Of a DNA stretch of 64,000 bases, positions 12,223-26,054 are shown in pieces. Position 1 is the stretch's first letter. Every line of letters starts with the position of its first letter. The notes beneath the pieces are model-generated. The model saw nothing but the letters and a program-made list of their open reading frames with translations. It did no database searches and was not told the origin of the DNA. Location of the stretch: contig NIVC01000751.1 in assembly GCA_002269645.1 (NCBI GenBank), positions 1 to 64,000 on the forward strand, in the 5' to 3' direction. The translations under genes and the position numbers were made by a program. The DNA is from Macrostomum lignano (lineage: Eukaryota).

Positions 12223-14429
12223 ATGGACTATTCAACAGCAGACAAGCAGCAGCTGATAGACAAGATCAAAGAACGTGACCATAAAATTGAACGCTATGAG
12301 AAGCGACTCACAGGTAAAGTGCTCTACTCAAACTTGCAGTCACTTTCAGATAGCTAGATAAGAATCTATCTAAACATTTTGCGCCTGTGCTCATCACTTC
12401 AAACCAACAGATGTTGTTGTCGCATTCAAAAATCTACAAAAAGAGAAAGCCGCCCTGGAGGACACTCTTCAGCAGGTGAATTTTGCTTCTACGAGCAGAA
12501 ACAAGCGACCTAGTCCGCATAGGACTGCCGCCTCAACTACTGCTGAGACTACAAATGATGAAGGAGAAGATGATTCATCCGCTGGTGTCACCTCAGAAGC
12601 TGCCGAGGCTTACGAAGCTCGCATAGCTAAACTGTTAGAAAGCGTGAACGCTTTGACTCAACAGAAAAACGAATTGTCTGCCACTTATCAGGCTGACAAA
12701 CGGATTCTCAGGGTCAGTTTGATTTTGCACTAATTGTAATGTTTTGTTCGACCTGTCCTACCAGATCCCCACAGCCCTGTCTCCCAGATCCCTACAGCCC
12801 TGTCTCCCAGATCCCCACAGCCCTGTCTCCCAGATCCCCACAGCCCTGGCTCCCAGATCCCCACAGCCCTGTCTCCCAGATCCCCACAGCCCTGTCTCCC
12901 AGATCCCCACAGCCCTGGCTCCCAGATCCCCACAGCCCTGTCTCCCAGATCCCCACAGCCCTGTCTCCCAGATCCCCACAGCCTTGTCTCCCAGATCCCC
13001 ACAGCCCTGTCTCCCAGATCCCCACAGCCCTGTCTCCCAGATCCCCACAGCCCTGGCTCCCAGATCCCCACAGCCCTGTCTCCCAGATCCCCACAGCCCT
13101 GGCTCCCAGATCCCCACAGCCCTGTCTCCCAGATTTCCACAGCCCTGGCTCCCAGATCCCCACAGCCCTGTCTCCCAGATCCCCACAGCCCTGGCTCCCA
13201 GATCCCCACAGCCCTGTCTCCCAGATCCCCACAGCCCTGTCTCCCAGATCCCCACAGCCCTGGCTCCCAGATCCTCACAGCCCTGTCTCCCAGATCCCCA
13301 CAGCCCTGGCTCCCAGATCCCCACAGCCCTGGCTCCCAGATCCCCAAAGCCCTGTCTCCCAGATCCCCACAGCCCTGTCTCCCAGATCCCCACAGCCTTG
13401 TCTCCCAGATCCCCACAGCCCTGTCTCCCAGATCCCCACAGCCCTGGCTCCCAGATCCCCACAGCCCTGTCTCCCAGATCCCCACAGCCCTGTCTCCCAG
13501 ATCCCCACAGCCCTGGCTCCCAGATCCTCACAGCCCTGTCTCCCAGATCCCCACAGCCCTGTCTCCCAGATCCCCACAGCCCTGTCTCCCAGATCCCCAC
13601 AGCCCTGGCTTCCAGATTCCCACAGCCCTGTCTCCCAGATCCCCACAGCCCTGGCTCCCAGATCCCCACAACCCTGTTTCCCAGATTCCCACAGCCCTGT
13701 CTCCCAGATCCCCACAGCCCTGGCTCCCAGATCCCCACAGCCCTGTCTCCCAGATCCCCACAGCCCTGTCTCCCAGATCCCCACAGCCCTGGCTCCCAGA
13801 TCCCCACAGCCCTGGCTCCCAGATCCCCACAACCCTGTTTCCCAGATTCCCACAGCCCTGGCTCCCAGATCCCCACAGCCCTGTCTCCCAGATCCCTACA
13901 GCCCTGTCTCCCAGATCCCCACAGCCCTGGCTCCCAGATCCTCACAGCCCTGTCTCCCAGATCCCCACAGCCCTGGCTCCCAGATCCCCACAGCCCTGGC
14001 TCCCAGATCCCCACAGCCCTGGCTCCCAGATCCCCAAAGCCCTGTCTCCCAGATCCCCACAGCCCTGTCTCCTAGATCCCCACAGCCCTGTCTCCCAGAC
14101 AACCTTGTCTTCACACTAGCAACTTGAAACTCCATCCAAACCTACCTCTTCGCACCCGCAGGAAGAGTTTGAGCACACAATAGCTGAGCAGAAGCGCGAC
14201 CTGGAGTCCTGTGCCATTGTTCGACGCGATCTTGAGGCTCAATTGAACGAATTTAGATCCCGCGCCAGACAGCAGGCCAAGGTGGAGCAGGACACCAGTG
14301 CGCTTAGCTCCCGGCTGGCTGCAGAGACTGCGGCTAGAGAGGAGGTGAGTCTGTGTCTGTCTGTCTGTCTGTCTTAGTGTCTGTCTGTCTTAGTGTCTGT
14401 CTGTCTGTCTGTCTTAGTGTCTGTCTTAG

Positions 14430-14484
<55 letters not shown>

Positions 14485-14669
14485 GTGTCTGTGTGTCTGT
14501 CTGTCTGTCTGTCTTAGTGTCTGTCTGTCTGTCTGTCTTAGTGTCTGTCTGTCTGTCTGTCTTAGTGTCTGTCTGTCTGTCTGTCTTAGTGTCTGTCTGT
14601 CTGTCTGTCTTAGTGTCTGTCTGTCTGTCTGTCTGTCTGTCTTAGTGTCTGTCTGTCTGTCTGTCTTAG

Positions 14670-14720
<51 letters not shown>

Positions 14721-17700
14721 ATTGGCGCTCTTGCATTTGCTCAGGAGTCAGCGGAAAGTGCAGAATTGCCGTTAGCGCTGGTTGTGAGCCGATGTCGCCA
14801 AAGACGTTGCGCCAGGATGTCCATGGTGGTGGTTTGATTAAGAGTCCGTCTGTCTCTCAGCCAGTCTCAATCGACCTTCACCGCACCGCAGGCGGAGTCG
14901 CAGCTGGCCGACCTTCGCCGCCAGCTGTCGAATGCCAGCCGCTCCCTGACCAGCCAGGAGGCGTCGCACCGCAGAGCCGTGGCGCAGCTGGAGCGCTCGA
15001 TGGAGTCGCGCTTGGCCGAGGCGGCGGCCAGCACGGGGCAGCGGGAGAGCCGGTCGGACGAGCTGGAGGCCCGCGTGGCCCAGCTGGCGGCCAGCTTGGG
15101 CGAGGCCGAGCGCCGACGGCAGGTGAATAGTGACGAAATCTTCTTTTAACTTACTTTTGGCTGGCCTAAAAAGCGGGAATGTTTTCTACTACTTTTATTA
15201 GTATAATACAAAATCAGCGTCAGCATCTCCCAGTTTGAGCACTGGCATCTGAGCATCTCCCAGTTTGAGCACTGGCATCTCAGCATCTCCCAGTTTGAGC
15301 ACTGGCATCTCAGCATCTCTCAGTTTGAGCACTGGCATCTCAGCATCTCTCAGTTTGAGCACTGGCATCTCATCATCTCCCAGTTTGAGCAGTGGCGTCT
15401 CAGCATCTCCCAGTTTGAGCACTGGCATCTCAGCTTCTCCTATTTTTAGCACTGGCATTTCATCATCTCCCAGTTTGAGCACTGGCATCTCATCATCTCC
15501 CAGTTTCAGCAGTGGCGTCTCAGCATCTTGAGCATCTCCCAGTTTGAGCAGTGGCATCTCAGCATCTCCCAGTTTGAGCAGTGGCATCTCAGCATCTCCC
15601 AGTTTGAGCAGTGGCGTCTCAGCATCTTGAGCATCTCCCAGTTTGAGCAGTGGCATCTCAGCATCTCTCAGTTTGAGCAGTGGCGTCTCAGCATCTCCCA
15701 GTTTGAGCAGTGGCATCTCAGCATCTCCCAGTTTGAGCAGTGGCATCTCAGCATCTCCCAGTTTGAGCAGTGGCATCTCAGCATCTCCCAGTTTGAGCAG
15801 TGGCATCTCAGCATCTCCCAGTTTGAGCACTGGCATCTCAGCATCTCTCAGTTTGAGCACTGGCATCTCAGCATCTCTCAGTTTGAGCACTGGCATCTCA
15901 TCATCTCCCAGTTTGAGCAGTGGCGTCTCAGCATCTCCCAGTTTGAGCACTGGCATCTCAGCTTCTCCTTTTTTTATCACTGGCATTTCATCATCTCCCA
16001 GTTTGAGCACTGGCATCTCATCATCTCCCAGTTTGAGCAGTGGCATCTCAGCATCTCCCAGTTTGAGCAGTGGCATCTCAGCATCTCCCAGTTTGAGCAG
16101 TGGCATCTCAGCATCTCCCAGTTTGAGCAGTGGCATCTCAGCATCTCTCAGTTTGAGCAGTGGCATCTCAGCATCTCCCAGTTTGAGCAGTGGCATCTCA
16201 TCATCTCCCAGTTTGAGCAGTGGCATCTCAGCATCTCCCAGTTTGAGCAGTGGCATCTCAGCATCTCCCAGTTTGAGCAGTGGCATCTCAGCATCTCCCA
16301 GTTTGAGCAGTGGCATCTCAGCATCTCTCAGTTTGAGCAGTGGCGTCTCAGCATCTCCCAGTTTGAGCAGTGGCATCTCAGCATCTCCCAGTTTGAGCAG
16401 TGGCATCTCAGCATCTCCCAGTTTGAGCACTGGCATCTCAGCATCTCCCAGTTTGAGCAGAGCCTTACAAAATATCTAACTTGATAACTTTTAACTAAAC
16501 TACCAGGCCGACGCGCGATCGGCTGGCCGACTTCGCGAACGTCTTGAAGATTTGGACCGCGAGAATCGGGAACTGCGATTGCAGCTTCAGAATGCTGCTT
16601 CTGCTGCTTCTGCTGCTTCTACTGCTTCTGCTGCTGACTGTGGAGGAGGCAGCAGCGGCGGTAGTGGAGGAAACAGTTCAGCTGTACATCCTGTAGCAGT
16701 TGTGGAACCAGTTCAGCGAAGGTCGCTAGCTCAGGTTGGTGTTTGCGCATGATTCAATCAATCAATCAAGTTAAAATAAGCATAGAAAAATTATTATTTT
16801 TCTTCAGCAACTTTCTACAGAATCAGCTAAATCTGACGAGGCCTATTCGTTGGCGTACTTATATAGCAGCTCCGGGGCGGCCAACCAATCAGATCCGACT
16901 GCTGATGAGCTGCACTCCGCCTGTCAGGAGCAGGTCTGTCTGCAATTGAAAAATTCCCTTTGGAAATAATTCCCTATGTGTCATCTGAGAATAAATTCCC
17001 CTCAGCGTTTCATATGGGAATAAATTCCCCTTAGTGTGTCACCTGAGAATAAATTCCACTCAGTGTGTCATCTGAGAATAAATTCCCCTCAGTGTGTCAT
17101 CCGAGAATAAATTCCCCTCAGTGTGTCACCTGAGAATAAATTCCCCTCAGTGTGTCAACTGAGAATAAATTCCCCTCAGTGTGTCATCTGAGAATGAAAT
17201 CCCCTTCAGCGTGTCATCTGAGAATAAATTCCCCTCAGCGTGTCATCTGAGAATAAATTCCCTCCAGTGTTTTATCTGAGAATAAATTCTCCTCAGACAG
17301 TGTGTCGTCTGAGAATAAATTCCCCTTTATAAAATCAGAGATTAAATTCCCCTCTATACCAGCAGAGAATAAATTCCCCTCTATACCAGCAGAGAATAAA
17401 TTCCCCTCTACAACATTAGAGAAAAAATTCCCCTCCATACCAGCAGAGAATAAATTCCCTTCTACAACATTCGAGAAAAATTCCCCTCCATACCAGCAGA
17501 GAATAAATTTCCCTCTATACCAGCAGAGAATAAATTCCCCGAGTCAGAGCAACAATTTCACTTTCACGCCCCCAACTTGCTACTATCAGTAGGCACACTC
17601 TACATTGAACTGATTCAACAGATTCGCGAACTGCGCGCCGAGCTCGACTCCTGCCGTCTGCGTCTGCTGACCGCTCCGCCGACTCCGCCGGCCCTCGTGT

Positions 17701-19428
17701 TTTCGCACACACAGCCGCCACCGTTTCCTCAACAACAGCAGCAACAGCAGCAGCAGTCCGAGCTTCAACGTCTTCAACGCGACCTTCGCAACTGTCGCGA
17801 GCGCTGCCAATCGTTGGAAGCCGACGCTGCCAGCCGGGACCGGGCGCAGCAGGAGCGCCTGGCTACCGCGGAGCGTCGGCACCGAGACGAAATGGCCTCG
17901 CTGAGACGGGAGCTCACGGCCAGGGCGCTTGAGGCCGAGGCGGAGCTGGCCAAGCATCGGGATCGAACCCTGCGCCTGCTGGCTGAGAAGGACGCCGAGT
18001 TGAAGGAGGCTCAGCGAGTTCCTGCTGCTTCGTCGACCGGAAGGACTGCATCGGTGTCGGCGGCGGCGGCGGCGGCGGCGGCTGCTGGCGGCAGCAGCGA
18101 GGCTGACGAAACCCTGCTCGTGAGTGCAAAAGCATGCTTCACGGTTTCTTTCTTTATTCACCCCAGTCTTCACTTTTCCCAGCTCTGTATTCTCCTAAAG
18201 TGCACACCGAGTTCTTCATCGTCTCCACACCCCAGTCTTTTAAATTACGCAATGGTCTTTCTCATCTCAAATCCCAGTCTCTTCTAAAGTACGCACTACT
18301 CTTCATCCTCCAACCCAGTGGTCGTAAAGGACACAGAGCTCTTCACCCACACCCCAGTCTCTCAAAGTACACAGAGCTCTTTACCCTCCACCCAGTCTCT
18401 AAAAGTACTCAGATCTCTGCTCTCCACATTAGTCTCTCAAAGTATCCAGAACTCTTCACCCCACCCTAGTCTACCAAAAGTACACGGAGCTCTTCACCCC
18501 CACCTTAGTCTACCAAAAGTACACGGAGCTCTTCACCCCCCACCTTAGTCTACCAAAAGTACACAGAGCTCTTCACCCCCACCCTAGTCTACCAAAAGTA
18601 CACGGAGCTCTTCACCCCCACCCTAGTCTACCAAAAGTACACAGAGCTCTTCACCCCCACCCTAGTCTACCAAAAGTACACAGAGCTCTTCACCCCCACC
18701 CTAGTCTATCAAAAGTACACAGAGCTCTTCACCCCCACCCTAGTCTACCAAAAGTACACAGAGCTCTTCACCCCCACCCTAGTCTACCAAAAGTACACAG
18801 AGCTCTTCACCCCCACCCTAGTCTATCAAAAGTACACAGAGCTCTTCACCCCCACCCTAGTCTACCAAAAGTACACAGCTCTTCACCCCCACCCTAGTCT
18901 ACCAAAAGTACACAGAGCTCTTCACCCCCACCCTAGTCTACCAAGAGTACACAGAGCTCTTCACCCCCACCCTAGTCTACCAAGAGTACACAGAGCTCTT
19001 CACCCCACCCTAGTCTACTAAAAGTACACAGAGCTCTCTCCAACTTCCAGCTATCCAACTTGCGGTCCGGAGCAGCCGCATGCGCCAGTGTGCACTCTCA
19101 GCTGGAAGGCGCCCTTGCCCAGGCGGACATGGCAGCCCTGCGCGATGCCCGTCGCCAAGCCGAGCACCGGCTGCGCTGCCTGCAAGCTGAACTGGCCGAA
19201 CAGCGCCAGATCATCGCCGATCTCCGAGTCCAATTAGCCAGGTGCCAGCAGCCGACTCAAGAGTCCGTCGAGTACGTGCGCAATCTGGTTTATCGCTACC
19301 TCACCCTGTCGGACGATGGCCGGACTAAGAGAACAGTGCTAACAGCGATGTGTACCGTGTTGAATTTCTCTGATTCTGAACGGCACAAAGCGTTGCAGAA
19401 ACAGTTTCCAACGTCTTCGTGGTGGTGA
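12223..19428 (+). CDS. GCC1: GRIP-domain golgin GCC1/GCC88, ~678 aa; exons 12223-12313, 12411-12712, 14162-14344, 14892-15122, 16507-16734, 16808-16933, 17622-18119, 19051-19428
   Basis: All junctions are GT-AG and phase-consistent. N-terminus [45 protein letters not shown] and the GRIP domain [12 protein letters not shown]...[11 protein letters not shown]...SWW resemble GCC88. Confidence 0.88.
12760..14100. repeat. 23-bp minisatellite in GCC1 intron 2 (CCCAGATCCCCACAGCCCTGKCT)
   Basis: Over 50 copies. Confidence 0.95.
14351..14720. repeat. (TGTC)n microsatellite with TTAG interruptions, GCC1 intron 3
   Basis: Direct reading. Confidence 0.95.
15215..16460. repeat. 30-bp minisatellite in GCC1 intron 4 (CAGCATCTCCCAGTTTGAGCASTGGCATCT)
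   Basis: About 40 copies. Confidence 0.95.
16975..17545. repeat. ~30-bp minisatellite (GAGAATAAATTCCCCT core) in GCC1 intron 6
   Basis: Two sub-variants in succession. Confidence 0.9.
18320..19038. repeat. 39-bp minisatellite in GCC1 intron 7 (AGAGCTCTTCACCCCCACCCTAGTCTACCAAAAGTACAC)
   Basis: About 14 good copies plus degenerate 5' copies. Confidence 0.95.
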
Positions 19429-21670
19429 CGACGGTATTTTAAAACAAATTATTTTTTTCTTCAAGCGAGTTACTACTCAGTCTTCTCTACTACAAGTAGA
19501 AAAGTAAGAAAATTTTATGGACCTAAGTTTTCTTTTTCTTGGATTTGCAGTTCTTTATTTGCATTTTATTGTACTGAACCATGATAGAAAGTTACTTATG
19601 ACTTGTTTCATTACTCATTTCACAACTTTCATGACTTTAAAAGATAATATGTTTATTTACTCCCGTTATTTTGTTAAAGAAGTAGGCTCTGAAGTTTGTA
19701 TATCATTTTATGCGCCTTGTATTCCGCATTCCTATGTCTAAACATTGTTTGATTATTTCCTGTGCTTTTAGGTTTTATTGTTCTTCCACATTTTACTTTT
19801 AGAATTGTATGCAGTTTCAACTTGGAATGGGGTTCTTCAATATGATCATATGCCAAACCGAGCATACATATAGTAAGTAACATATATATCTTTAATTTAA
19901 CACAACGCGAACCGTAAAAACTGCATAAAAGGTACAGTTTTGTTTAAACTGTTTCACTTTCAGTCGTTTAATTGGAATGTATTAATATTATACTTTCAGA
20001 TTTTCATTTGACACACTATACTCGCAATGCCCTTGTCGGATACTGTGTAGCTTGTACTTATTATTTATTCATTATGGCCTTTTGAGTCTTTAACAGACCG
20101 GAGTAATCTCAACTCAGGCTTTGCGATGCAAAATATGGATTCAATCAATCTAATGCTAAATGCCAATATACGCTCCTATATAAAAAAAGCAAAAGCAGCC
20201 TCTCGTGAGTCAGGCTATATTTGTGCAAGTCAAAAACAAAGATTAAACTAATCTCGATTCAATTTTTCAGTATGCACTATAAACATTGCGTATGCGTTTT
20301 CATCTACACTACATAAGATAAATACTTGCTTACATATATGTATGGAGATCTGAACTACATGTACAATGTTGGAATTAATTCATTTTAACCCTTCAAACTT
20401 TGTCCAACATCATTGGATCTACACGATACACAAAAACAAAAGAATTCTACATGTCAAATCATTTCACATGTAGATGTTTAGATGTCCTTGGACCTTGCGA
20501 CATGTTACATAGGTGTTAGCTGGAAGATTAGAAATAGTCTTTAAATACGAAATTTGTTTGCGCAGTTTTAAATACGAAAATTAAACTTAATTTTAAGTTA
20601 CGCAAAAGTAACCATAAAAAATTATACAATAAACTGCGTATTTTGATAACTTTGTTTAGCTAGGTATTAACAAAAACGGCTTATTTATACAGTTCCTAAA
20701 TGAATTTGTTAATCTTGTGCTTTTTTCTATTTTTAAACTGAGTGGAAACTGCAGAAGGCGGGCCACATCTGCAAGTTAAAAAAAGCTAGTTGAACTGAGC
20801 TGATACTGTAATTATAACTGACGTCATTTGTTTTAGTTAGGCTGTATATAATACGAATAAATTAAGTGCTAGAAAAAAGTTTAAAGAACAGCATTTTTAT
20901 TTTGTAACCTAAAACCAAGTCCGAAGGTAGTTTTTCAGCATTTATAAAAAAATTGAGGCTTATTCCGCAACATGGAAGAGTATACAAGAGATCCTTGGTA
21001 AGTTAGATGACAAAGTCGGCGATGTCTAATGAAATGAATTCATTCCCTATGTGCTTTTTTCTTTAGTATAGGCCTAGCCGCCTAGAAAGCAATTACCAAT
21101 GACAATGTTTAGTTTTGCTGTACTTTTAGGGCCCCTTAAGTTTTAATACTTGAAAAATTGTTGCTATAGCTTAGCCTAGTCAAGCAGTTCATCTTTTCAT
21201 GACTGAAAATAATTAGGCCCTAGTAGGATGCAAGTTAAAAGTGCTAATTTCAGTGCTATGGTAGAACTCACTTTAGCCTAGGCCTATTCCTACCCATAGT
21301 CAGGATCATGCTGTGTGCACCAGAAGCCACCCCAAAAATTTTTTTGGTGTGTGCCAGGTATGCCAGGCAAAATGCACAAGTGCGCCAGTTGCGCCAGTCC
21401 TAAATCCTAATCATAATGTAAAAAAAATGTGCAATATACACAAAATCACAATATATTATAAGTTGTACATAATGTTTTGTGTAATTGCAAGCAAAGATTA
21501 GGCCCTATCAATTGAAGATTTGAAAATTTATGTTTTTAATTTCAGGAATAAAGAAAAAAGGAATAAAACACAACTTAAAGAATATTTTAAATGAAGAAAT
21601 GGTTGTCAATTGTTACAATAAATTTGCAAAATCATGGTTAAACTTTGTGCAAAATTTGATGCCTTATATA

Positions 21671-22498
21671 CGAGGGGTGTCCCAAAAGTTCCCGGAATGT
21701 CTAACGTAGCTCTTCAACAGAGCCATGAAATTTCATGCCCATGGTGTCAAATGAAAGGAAATTTTGTCACAAAGAATACAAAGTTAAAATCATGTTGATA
21801 TCTTTTTTTATTCAAGAGCTACAGCAAGAAACTTGCGCAAAGGTCAGGGGTAGTGTTACACAACCTCAACAATCTATGGCAATAATTTTTTCATCTCCAT
21901 TTTTGGAGTTTTTCATTTTGAATTCATTCACAGCAGACTGGCCATCTCTAAAGTGTTCAATCCATCTATAAATTGCAGTTTTTTTCAGGCTGTTCTCACC
22001 GTGGATGGAAAATAAGTGGTCAGAAATCTTGGCTCCACTCCATCCTACTGACCAAAAGGCAAAAACTTGACTTCGCTGACTTTCAAGGCTCTGAAGAGAA
22101 CTCATTTTTGCAAAGAAATTTCAAGTTGAAAGCAAGCGCTTGGTACGAATTATCTGCACTCGCGCAAAAGCTCAGATTAGCTTTATGAGCATTTCTGCTT
22201 TTTTCCATAGACACTACCATGTCTTTCTGACATGTCAGTAGCACGAATTCAAAATGAAAAACTCCAAAAATGGAGATGAAAAAATTATTGCCATAGATTG
22301 TTGAGGTTGTGTAACACTACCCCTGACCTTTGCGCAAGTTTCTTGCTGTAGCTCTTGAATAAAAAAGATATCAACATGATTTTAACTTTGTATTCTTTGT
22401 GACAAAATTTCCTTTAATTTGACACCATGGGCGTGAAATTTCATGGCTCTGTTGAAGAGCTACGTTAGACATTCCGGGAACTTTTGGGATACCCCTCA
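21671..22498 (-). mobile_element. Non-autonomous mariner-family element with ~255-bp TIRs, TA TSD and a frameshifted transposase N-terminal remnant
   Basis: TA|CGAGGGGTGTCCCAAAAG at the left end and CTTTTGGGATACCCCTCA|TA at the right. TIRs 21671-21926 and 22245-22498 are near identical. Minus strand encodes QALAFNLKFLCKN and IHGENSLKKTAIYRWIEHFRDGQ (mariner HTH-like). Confidence 0.88.
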
Positions 22499-24294
22499 TA
22501 CTTTACATTCTTTGATTTTGTCTTTCGCAGTAGCCGTGGTATAGCCTCCTCATGTGCGCCATGCAGTATGTGCTATGTGTGTGTGCCATGTAGGGTGCGC
22601 CAATTGTATATACGACAAAGTGTATACTAGAAGACCCTTTCAAAAATTTTGTGTGCCAAGTGTATGCTAGCTATCCCAAATGTGCACCGGAAATTTCTGA
22701 CATACATGACATGATCCTAAGTGTGGATTCCTACGGCTATGGCTATAATTTATAATGTTATGTAGGCCTACTTTACAAATTATTAATACCATTAAGTCCA
22801 GGATTAGAAAACAGCTTAGGCACTAATTAGACATGTTATGACAAGCTATCAGTTAGGCTTAATCAAATTAGTTTTATCAATTATCATAGCTATGGATATA
22901 GCTATTACAAGAAGGGATTATATTATATCCATTTTCATTACTAGGGCCAAGCAAAAATCTAGGATAGAATTTTTGTACAAAATGATAGATACATTCTGTG
23001 TGCACTAATAAAAATTTTGTAGTTGTGCAATTTTTTGTAAAAATCTTATCTTATGTAACAAGAAAACTAGAATTTGAAGTTAGCATGAAATGTTTCAAAA
23101 AGTTTATATTTTACTTGTAACATATAAGAAAGTTTTTAGATAAAAGAGGCAATTGTCTTCCTAAAAGGTCATTGTTGGTTTTCTTAGAAATGATTTCCAG
23201 TCCTTTAATTATTTTAAGTATCAGCTTTTTAGTTCATGTCAATAGAAATTTTTACTCTTTCATTATATTTTGTGGCTCTTTTCATACAATAGGAGTACAA
23301 GCTATGCTCACAAAGTAAATGTCCATAGACATTTGCAGCTCAGCAGCCATGAATGGCTTGTAAATAAAGAACATTTGTTAACTAAATAAAAGTTCATTTA
23401 TTAATGACTATACTCTATTACTAAATAGTCTTTAATTTTAACCATAATTATTATAAAGTAATAAATGAAATTAAAGTAGTCTACAATATGAGCTTAGGCT
23501 CATTGCTCTTTATAACTATAAATATATAAAACATAAATTTATTTTATGATTTTAAGAAATCTAGCTTAGTTTTGTAGCTTTGTCCTTTTTGGATTAAATA
23601 TCTAAATCATTTTATTCTAGTAATAAATTTTCAAAATTGACAATGCAATGGAAAGTATGCAAGATCTCTGGACCTCTATAGGCTATAGAAAAGTCTGTCT
23701 TGTTCCCATTCCCAATAAATCATTTGTTCCCATGACACCAAAATGCTTATGCTTAAGCCATTATGCTTAGTCAGTACCACATATACTACAAGGTCATAAA
23801 ATAACTAGACTGGCTACTTAGCACATTTACATGTAAACTATTTTCAGTTCAGTAGTAAGTTGAACTGAAGTATTTTAATGTATTTTATAAGACAAGGCTC
23901 ATTAATTGGCTTTTACCCCTCAGCTTAAACCTTCCAACCATGTCCATACCTTTTGAGTTTTCACACTATCCCTGCCCTGCCCCAATTTTTATTGTCTTTC
24001 TTGGATTTCCAACCTAAAGCTGCCATGTACATTTCAGTGGACTGGCCAGTGTACATTATTGCTGAACCAATTAGCAAGTTTGTTTACGCCTGTAAGCTTT
24101 TGGGCTTCTAAACCTTATCAAAGTCATTTCAGCTGCCTTTATTTTTATAAAATAGCTTATGTATTCTTCTTTGCTACTGAACTAAAAGCAGGAAGCTGTT
24201 TTACTAAGTATAAATGCCTGAGTGGCCCATCTAGCTATTTTAGAATCTGTGTTCCACATAAGCTTATGTAATACCACAATAAGATATTTGGAAA

Positions 24295-24789
24295 ATGATT
24301 GCATATAAGCCTGTGGAAGTCATTGTGCCTCCCGCCAACCATTATTGTCGAACCAGCCCGTGGCGCATTGTATCTGATCTTGGCGGCGCCTACACAATGG
24401 GCGCTATCGGCGGCACTCTGGTGTACTTTTACAAAGGCTACCGTACTGCTCCATCCAGCCAGCACATGCGCCTGATCTCGGCTCTGTCCAACGTGCGCCA
24501 ACGAGCCCCGGCTTTGGGTGGCGCTTTCGCAATGTGGGGCGGCACTTTTGCAACCACCGAGTGCTCGTTGATCTACCTGCGACAGAAAGAGGACCCGTAC
24601 AATAGCATCATGTCTGGCGCCGCGACCGGAGCTCTGCTAGCTGTGCGGCAGGGACCGGCCGCGATGGTTGCTCAAGCTCTGATTGGCGCAGTGCTGCTGG
24701 GCCTGATTGAAGGCATGGGCATCGTGTTCACCAGGATTATGCCCAGCATTCTGGCTGCCGAGGCTGAGGCTGCGGGTGGGGCTGGGTAA
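24295..24789 (+). CDS. TIMM17: Mitochondrial inner-membrane translocase subunit Tim17, single exon, 164 aa
   Basis: [48 protein letters not shown] and LLGLIEGMG follow the Tim17 signature. Confidence 0.93.
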   Translation: MIAYKPVEVIVPPANHYCRTSPWRIVSDLGGAYTMGAIGGTLVYFYKGYRTAPSSQHMRLISALSNVRQRAPALGGAFAMWGGTFATTECSLIYLRQKEDPYNSIMSGAATGALLAVRQGPAAMVAQALIGAVLLGLIEGMGIVFTRIMPSILAAEAEAAGGAG

Positions 24790-24844
24790 GCAGCTAGCTA
24801 GGCTGAGCACTTCTTGATGCACTGGAGCCTAGATGCGCAGTCCA

Positions 24845-25330
24845 GTCATCATATCCCCCAGCCATCGTATCCTCCATCTCCCCTAGCCATCATATCCCCC
24901 GGCCATCATATCCCCGGCCATCGTATCCTCCATCTCCCCTAGCCATCATATCCCCCGGCCATCATATCCCCGGCCATCGTATCCTCCATCTCCCCTAGCC
25001 ATCATATCCCCCGGCCATCATATCCCCGGCCATCGTATCCTCCATCTCCCCTAGCCATCATATCCCCCGGCCATCATATCCCCGGCCATCGTATCCTCCA
25101 TCTCCCCTAGCCATCATATCCCCCGGCCATCATATCCCCGGCCATCATATCCCCGGCCATCATATCCCCCAGCCATCGTATCCTCCATCTCCCCTAGCCA
25201 TCATATCCCCCGGCCATCATATCCCCAATCTCCCCAATATCCCTCATCCTCATCGCCCAAATATCCCCATCTCCCCAATATCCTCATCTCCCCATTCCTC
25301 CAACATCCCTAACCATCATATCGCCCATCC
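24845..25330. repeat. Compound repeat (GCCATCATATCCCC / GCCATCGTATCCTCCATCTCCCCTA) 3' of TIM17
   Basis: Direct reading. Confidence 0.9.
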
Positions 25331-25898
25331 ATCATTACCTCCATCTAGATCTGTAGTTTTATAGAACACCTAAAAGCTGCCGGGGACAGCTATAAAGGTT
25401 TCTAAAAGTTTCTAAATTGCGTTTTAAAAGCCTCTAGCCTTGGTGACAGTTTTTTAAACATAATTAGATATCAAAGTAGATACCCATCTACCCGTGTATT
25501 ACTGCCTGTCTTGTTTTGTAACTGTTAGTTTCATGAAATTTCTTCTTAAACTTAAAGCGGCTAAATTAGTTAGTTGGTTCTGTTTATTCAGCGGCGATAA
25601 AGTTTGCTAGTTAACACAAATCAAAATCTTGTCATGTTTGTCTGAAGCCATCATTTTTTAGTTGAAGTTTAGTGCAAAAAGAAGCGCAGTCTACTCGATC
25701 AATAAGTAAGCGGCACTAACGACAGACTGCAGTGCATTGGTTTCCTTGCTAAGTGCGATTTACGAGCGTATATGCAGCTATTTTCTTTAATAATAGAAAT
25801 ATTAATTACTATTATAATAATTTTTTTTGTATCGCAAAGGAAGATCTTTTTGGTACAAAACTGCGAAACAAATCTATAAATTGCATATTATATATATA

Positions 25899-25904
25899 AA
25901 TAAA
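25899..25904 (+). promoter_or_regulatory. Candidate polyadenylation signal (TIM17?)
   Basis: First AATAAA seen after the TIM17 stop, followed by a U/GU-rich tract at 25918-26000. Confidence 0.4.
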
Positions 25905-26054
25905 AAGCTAGCTTGAATTTGTTTATCTCTGTCTCTTGTCCGTTTCTGTGGCAAGCTTTGTAGATTGGTCTTGCTCATTTTTACTGTTTGCATTGTGTTT
26001 AGGAGGCTCTAGTTGTTGGTATTGCGACAGAAGAGATCATTGTTCCCCATTTGG

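Noticed and set aside
12730-16484. 400+ aa repetitive ORFs (PDPHSP..., [10 protein letters not shown]...)
   Set aside because: They lie inside GCC1 introns defined by phase-consistent flanking exons
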